A stretch of 64,000 nucleotides of DNA from Macrostomum lignano (Eukaryota), in contig NIVC01000491.1 of the NCBI GenBank assembly GCA_002269645.1, forward strand, positions 310,001 through 374,000, given 5' to 3'. The notes under the pieces were generated by a model, which had not been told where the DNA came from, made no database searches, and saw nothing but the letters and a program-made list of their open reading frames with translations. Shown here piece by piece: positions 57,178 to 64,000 of this stretch. Position 1 is the stretch's first letter; each line of letters opens with the position of its first letter. The translations under genes and the position numbers were made by a program.

Positions 57178-60100
57178 AAGGTTGACAGATATTTTTAGAT
57201 TTCCAAGGCTTATTGGGGGCATTGCTGAGATGTCAAGGGGGGAAGTTGATATGTTAAAGCTTGTGGGGGGGGAATTACTGACATGTCAAGACTTACAAGG
57301 TTTGACAGGAGATTTTTTAAGATTTCAAGGATACATGTAGCTTATTAAAAAAACGTGTATTGCATTTCCTTGGCTCCCCAACGGGGGGCGTAGATTGCTA
57401 GTTTTAATCATACTATGGCAGAATGCAGTCGGTTCAGACGTACAACTAATGATGAATTCCAAAGATTTGCTGCTGAGTTGCGAGCATTTGGAGCTCGAGA
57501 AACACATCGGCGCAATCTGAACAATGAATCAAATAGAAACTATATACTCTCTAAGAACTTTGACTCATGCAAAACAAGAAATGTAATGCAAAACATCCAG
57601 TCAGCGATCAACCGAAATGAAAAGCTACATGCGATTCTAGAAGTTCAGATTGGGATCTTGAAAGACGTTTATTCTGGCATTTTTTGTCACCCATCACTAA
57701 CGGGAGTTATTCAGGAACGTTCGATGGATCCCTTTAGACTAACTCTTTTGTCGCATAATGAAGTACAACTCATAATTTCTATTATCAGGCGACAAAAACA
57801 TATTGTTCTGCATATAAATTCTACGGGATCCGTGACAAAAGAAGCGTCGATTTCAGGCGAAACGTATCTATATACAATTGTCACGACAGCAGACGATAAC
57901 AATAAGGCCGTGTCTGTTGCTAATTGTTTGACTAACAGTCACGACGTGACTTCGATTTCACATTTCTTGAAAATATTGCGACATTCAATTCTAAAACTAT
58001 CTGCAGCAGTCAGTGAATCATCCCATCTACCTATACTCTTCGTTTCAGACTTTTCCTGGGCACAGATTCATTCGTGTCTTGATTTTCATCACACCGACAT
58101 CTTGACTTATCTTAAGAACCAGTATTTATACTTTGAAAGAAGACAGCCGTCACCTTTTAAGTTTGGAATTTTCTTGTGCAGCAACCATCTCATTCATCAG
58201 ATATGTCGCACAACACAGCGCCTGAATATTGATAAGGGACCGAGAGAGCTGTTTGTGAAGATGTTTGTAGCAGTGATATATGCAAACTCCCAGGACGAAG
58301 CCGAGCGACTGATTCAGTCCATATTTAGAATATTTCTGGCACGTTCCCTTAGAAATGTAACCGAAGAGCTTCAAACTATTCAATACTGGCTTAATCACAG
58401 TGAAGAGATTTCAAACGATTATTGGACTTCCGAGCCAAAGACACGACCTGATGCAGCGTTTAACTCTATGAATGGGATATTTATGTCATCACCATACTAC
58501 CATTACTTTCAGACAATTAAGACCGAAATAAAAAATCAAGTGGGTTCCAACATTGATGAGCAATTTAATGATAATCCATTTTTTCATCCACGAATTGTTG
58601 AAATTTTCCTAACTCGGTACTTGTCGCTTTTGCCGCTCTGGTGTCTCTTTACGTGGTCGCATATTGTCAGTAAAAATAACAAATCCTTCTACTCGAACGC
58701 TCACGTTGAAAGTTGGTTCGGAAATATTAAAAGACGATTTAAGAAGACGAAGAGTGTCGTTGAATTTTTAATACCCTATATACAGATAATCCAAAATGCT
58801 GTCAATGAGAATCAATTGTATTCTACTGTTCCGAGAGCCTGTTTTTGGTCTAAGAAGAGGGAACCCATTAATGAGGAGAATGCAACCGAGATGTGGAAAA
58901 AGAATGGTCGCAAGAGACGTAGAGGAACGAAATTTGCAGGAACTGGAAACAATAGCTATTTTTCGAAAATTATTTCTGATACGATGCCATCAGCGGAGCG
59001 TCAGAAAACCACCAGTCGTGCAAGAACTGGAGTTCTTTTTCACCTGCGAGACATTAGATCGACCCCAATTTTAACGGACCACAAAAATTCTGTGAATGGC
59101 AATGGTTGGATGGACTACTCGGTTAGATTATAAAGCATTCTCATATATTATCTGTTACAAGTATATTCTAGACTGCGGTTACCATCAGGGGTGTCGAAAC
59201 CGAGGGGGCGGCATGAGTGGGCTGGACCCCCGACTGTTTAGCATGATCTTGCAAGTGCCTCTTCGAATTTTAAACAAAGTGTTGGCCGGTTTGGGGCTTT
59301 CGCTTTTCTGAGTCTTGGGAGCTTACAAGCTGAAGCGAGAGGGCACCGTTGCTATCCACACCCTTAGAGATCAATGTGCATGTTCCAAAATGTGTTTAAA
59401 ATCTGTAAATATTTTCCGATCAACCTGTTTCAGTCAGAGTCGATGATGTAGGACATTGTTTTGGTCAGAATTCATGCAGATGCATGAATATCTTTACGAA
59501 AGCAGCAGGGGAATAAATAATATTTCCCAAAAATTCAGGAAAAGCGAGTTAGAAGGGAGTATGCACTATTCAACTTTAAGTGAACCAGCCAAACTATCGA
59601 ACAGATTTTCCGGACCATGAAGAGCTTAGATGAATTGTAACCGCAGTCGAATGATACACGCCTTGACATTAAATATACAAATTATTTATCCATGTAGATC
59701 GTCTACGGATACTTAAGCGCTATTTCATCAGTATCTCCAAACTGCGTGGTTCTAATCGAGGGTGTCTTTCGTGACCTGTTGGATTCGTCTACAGCAGGCG
59801 TAACTGACGCACTGGCAGAAGTATTCAGCCAACTATTCATCGATAAGGTCAGTCTAGCAGAGCTAGTCCGACACTGTCATCTTACTATTGATTATGATGT
59901 CAACAGCCACGAGTAATACATGTGCTTACTCGTATCAATTCATATGTTTTTAGAATGTACAAGACATTCTCGTTCCAATATTTACCGGGAGTCATTTCTT
60001 TCTGCTTCACATCTGTACTCCATTGGGACTAATTTTTAAACTGGATTCATTGTCGAGGTTTAGTGCACCGATTGAAGAAGACTTTCAGAATGTTCTCCTG

Positions 60101-61916
60101 AAATGGAAGTGAGTATTCAATATGTCTTAATTAATATCTTAATAAAAATACGGTAACTTTACGGTTGAATTACTAATCTACAATTGCACTTGTTACATAA
60201 TACAATATTACATCCCAGTGCGTTGGTGCAATCGGATGCTTTACCGGAGGCCGTACTAGTTGCAATGGGACTTGAGGAAAGACGTATAGACGACTTGTTT
60301 CACGAAGGAGTAGTGCAGTGTACTCAGCAAGAAGACTCTATGAGCTGTGGCGTTTTTACTTGTCTTTATGGACGGAGCATCATGAAGAGTTTGAGCTTGC
60401 AATTTTCCTCCACTCCAGCGTTTCTGCGAAATTCACGAAAATACATTTGGACTACGATACAGAATTATGCTGTGACACCACAAAAGGTTGTGTGTCAACG
60501 CTGCCGATCGAGCGAGGCTGACGAGAACTCAAATTCGACGACAAAGACCACGGTTTGAATAATTGAAATCTTGTATTACTTTTTACTGTTTCTCTTTCCA
60601 GAAGCTTTCTAATAAAACAAATTAAATATGCATTTTAGTGTTCTTCGTGCCTGGGCAGTCATGAAGAAGGTACATGCAACATCATATGTGGCTCATCCAG
60701 TTTTTGCCACTGTTGCAGGTTGCTTTTCAATTTAAGTTGATAATCAACCAGAAGTACCAGCGTCGCATCCATGTACTGGCACTGATCATCTGAAAACAAT
60801 AGAGCTAACGTTTTGAGGTTCCCTCAAAGTACAATAATTTTTGTAGTCTAATGTACTAGTACGGGCGTATCTTCATCAGTTCCAGGATATTTCGTCCACC
60901 GGCATTTTGACAACTGGTATCGTACATGTACATCACGTAACCATGCAGACATTACGGCAACTGGACATTTTGGTTCAAGCTAAAATTTACTTCCAAGTGT
61001 AAATGCTTAAATCAGCTACAATTTGCTGAGTTGCCGTAATGTCTGGTTGACGAACTGCCGGTTGACGAAATGCTGGTTGACAAAATGTCCGGTCACCTCT
61101 TCATCATTCACAGAAAGAGGATCCACTGTTTAAAAAGTCTTCTGCATGGCTGCATGGTGTAGCAGACTCCCAATGAGTCCCGTTTTCGACTTCCGGGCTA
61201 CACCAGATGGCTCAAACAACTCCCGGTCATGAGGACCCCACTAAAGCAGCGTAAAAATGATGCGATGCATGCTCATTAAGGGATGTGTGGCAGGGGTCCG
61301 TACAGAAATTATTTTTAAGGCTCAGGTGGGTGACCCAGCTATATGACCAGAGCCGAATTTCTGAACTTTCTATCCCGTCATATGTTTCCCATTAGATGAA
61401 TTCCCTGAATCTTAGTCACTGTCCAGACTACAGAGGCGGAAAGCGTAGTAAATACTGTAATCTAATTTATATAATTTCGTGGATTTTATTCCTAGCTCAT
61501 GTACGAGTAACAGATTCGTTTTATGCCAGTGAGCAGGAATGAGCTAATTGAGCTAAAGGTTTCGAGGGCTTAAATTATTTACTTGCCATTTCAATAATAG
61601 AATTCTCGTCCAACTCTAAATAATTTCTTTCCTTCCTCTAGTACATGATGTTTTTTTTCTTCTACAAAATGCACTAAAAATCTCTTAGTACTTTTCTAAG
61701 CATGCAGATTAAGCCATACAGCGCAATATTTATTTATGCTTCTTGATGCATGATGTTTTTCTTTAAAAGTTTTTGTTCCGTTCATTGCTTTCCCGCTTTA
61801 AGTTACGCTTTGAAAAATGTTAATTTGTTTTGAAAATAAACAGTTGCTCAAGATATGAATTTTGACCCGTCCTAATTTTCCAGTTTTCCTTTTTAATATA
61901 GCAATATAGTGGTTCT

Positions 61917-63019
61917 CAGCGAATGTCAAGCTGGACCCCCAAAATACACTACGGAGATAGGAACACAGTTTGCAGGTGAATAACTCGTACAGGCTTTAAG
62001 CTAGGGTGCTGATTTTTGACTTGCCAACGCATCTCGCATGCGTCAAGAGAAAAATAAAGTTTCGTAGCTCTGCGTTGAGTAGAAGTGTCTGTCAGCGAAT
62101 GTCAAGCTGGACCCCCAAAATACACTACGGAGATAGGAACACAGTTTGCAGGTGAATAACTCGTACAGGCTTTAAGCTAGGGTGCTGATTTTTGACTTGC
62201 CAACGCATCTCGCGTGCGTCAAGAGAAAATAATGTTTTGTAGCTCTGCGTTGAGTAGAAGTGTCTGTCAGCGAATGTCAAGCTGGACCCCCAAAATACAC
62301 TACGGAGATAGGAACACAGTTTGCAGGTGAATAACTCGTACAGGCTTTAAGCTAGGGTGCTGATTTTTGACTTGCCAACGCATCTCGCATGCGTCAAGAG
62401 AAAAATAAAGTTTCGTAGCTCTGCGTTGAGTAGAAGTGTCTGTCAGCGAATGTCAAGCTGGACCCCCAAAATACACTACGGAGATAGGAACACAGTTTGC
62501 AGGTGAATAACTCGTACAGGCTTTAAGCTAGGGTGCTGATTTTTGACTTGCCAACGCATCTCGCATGCGTCAAGAGAAAAATAAAGTTTCGTAGCTCTGC
62601 GTTGAGTAGAAGTGTCTGTCAGCGAATGTCAAGCTGGACCCCCAAAATACACTACGGAGATAGGAACACAGTTTGCAGGTGAATAACTCGTACAGGCTTT
62701 AAGCTAGGGTGCTGATTTTTGACTTGCCAACGCATCTCGCATGCGTCAAGAGAAAAATAAAGTTTCGTAGCTCTGCGTGTATTTTAAGCCGTTTTGTTGA
62801 GTTGCATAATAATACACTAAGGAGATAGGAACAAACTTTATATGTGAATAATTTTTACAGTCTATTTTTAAATGCCGAGATATTTTACGTAGTTTTTTTT
62901 CTTGATTGCGTCAAAGTTTTTGTAAAATTTTAAAGCGTTTCGTTCAAGTAAAGAAAAGTTACAGCGGCTTTGTTAAAATTTGAATGTGAATCTGAATGTC
63001 AATCGGGAAATGAATACGT
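61917..63019 (-). repeat. Right TIR: about 4.9 copies of the 176-bp unit plus the outer domain
   Basis: Reverse complement of the left TIR, with more array copies. Confidence 0.95.
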
Positions 63020-64000
63020 CGTGTGGGCCGATTGCGAAAAATTCTTTTTTTAGAAATAAGCTCTGTTGTCAGAATAACAAAGTGAATAATATAACTAGGA
63101 GTTATTATTAAAGTTTAGGCACCATGAAGATCAAAGTGGTAATCTTAAAAAAATTCATTACGATAACACTGCTAGATTTAGATTTCATGACACTGAAAAG
63201 ATTAGCGTTATACTTCTATCACGCCAAAACTGCACCAAAATTTCACATTGGCAGAAAACTTCAAGCATTCAAACAAGGACGACTGAAGTGATCTATATAT
63301 TTAATTGATTAGTCCTTGTATTCAAATCTAGGAAACTTTCAGAAGATGTGAAATTTATAATCTTGAATAAAATTTTGCTTATTTGATTTTTGACACCGTC
63401 ATCGAAATTCAGATCTGGCGTGTGACGGTGTGGTTCGTAGAAGGCATGTATCATACGGTATTTCATTATTTCGCACACATATCGTACTACTTGTAATCCT
63501 TCATTCATTTTAACAATATTCTATACGTATTAATCGTACGCTTATGTTACTTTTGTACATGATCATAGTTATTTGTCGCCTCGTGTATTTTCACGTGCAT
63601 GCGCATTATTAGTATTTCATGCATATCGTGTTACTTCTCGTAGAGTAGTTTCTGTCTATGTACATGTATTTACTTTGTAATATTCTAGCACGATGTTTTA
63701 TCGATTTGTTTATTGTACATTGCACCTGGGGGGTTGTCTTATTAGGCTTTCTCTTGTTTTTGGGATTAGGCGATCTCAAGCTCAAAATCTCAAATTCTTG
63801 CCATTAAAGATATTTTGTGAGGGCAATTTCCTACTTATCAGTTGGTTTCCAAGACACTTCCTTTGCAATCTAGCCTTCTTTGATAGTGGCCAATTTGCTG
63901 GACGGCTTCCCCATTAGCTTCATTCATCTTAACTTAAGCTCCCACCATCCCAACCACAACATGCATGTAGTGCCAAAAATTCTGTTTGAGTCCCTTACCC

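Larger units (their letters stand above)
51162..57401 (+). mobile_element. Non-autonomous Helitron, tandem unit 3 (divergent subfamily)
   Basis: Direct CTAG|TC junction (TCCAATATACTAAAAATG). Ends CCCCAACGGGGGGCGTAGATTGCTAG|T at 57401. Confidence 0.85.
45098..60740 (+). pseudogene. Transposon gene, interrupted: CxxxxC..H Zn-finger, NOF/MULE-like DDE transposase, Ulp1 (C48) SUMO-protease-like domain, PHD-like tail; about 1050 aa when reconstructed
   Basis: Segments 45098-45783 + 57402-59121 (in frame once the Helitron block is removed), then exons 59698-59847, 59954-60108, 60219-60552 and, tentatively, 60639-60740, all GT..AG with matching phases. Transposase motifs LHINSTGSV, FVSDFSWAQIHS, FLCSNH, SNAHVESWFGNIK. 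Ulp1 motifs GWMDYS|IVYGYL, DILVPIFTGSHFFLL, KLDSL, QQEDSMSCGVF. Confidence 0.8.
42702..63019 (+). mobile_element. Foldback/NOF-like Mutator-superfamily DNA transposon, 20318 bp (8700 bp without the nested Helitrons)
   Basis: Identical 9-bp direct repeat CGTGTGGGC at 42693-42701 and 63020-63028. Termini ACGTATTCATTTCCCGATT... and ...AATCGGGAAATGAATACGT are perfect inverted repeats. Modular TIRs with internal 176-bp arrays. Encodes a DDE-type protein with a CxxH motif. Confidence 0.92.

Noticed and set aside
59180-59380. Possible small MITE (CAGGGGTGT...ACACCCT) in the transposase intron
   Set aside because: Only about 7 bp of inverted match and no TSD.
42944-62780. CRISPR-like or repeat-spacer interpretation of the regular arrays
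   Set aside because: The monomers are contiguous with no unique spacers, the context is eukaryotic, and there are no cas genes.

Overview
Eukaryotic (invertebrate-type) genomic DNA, not prokaryotic: spliceosomal introns, GC-rich exons, AT-rich intergenic DNA, a (TTAGGG)n tract and many minisatellites. The style resembles a free-living flatworm such as Macrostomum, but that is an inference. The left third (1-21.7 kb) holds host genes. These are a signal-peptide ORF with about 19 RWGRRGG repeats (candidate RWamide neuropeptide precursor or cationic peptide), a 4-exon secreted PAN/apple + ALK/LTK glycine-rich-domain gene, and an 8-exon VCP/CDC48 gene; nearly every intron carries its own minisatellite. 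The rest is layered mobile DNA. It includes a head-to-tail trimer of Helentron/Helitron2-like non-autonomous elements (21.9-34.6 kb), two Tc1-like deletion derivatives and a decayed Helitron. The largest is a 20.3-kb Foldback/NOF-like Mutator element (42702-63019) with a 9-bp TSD and modular TIRs. Its predicted spliced gene (Zn-finger, DDE transposase, Ulp1 protease, PHD-like) is split in frame by an 11.6-kb head-to-tail trimer of non-autonomous Helitrons. Both rolling-circle families carry a tRNA-like Pol III cassette upstream of an exchangeable satellite array. All gene models and domain calls were made by eye, without database searches.
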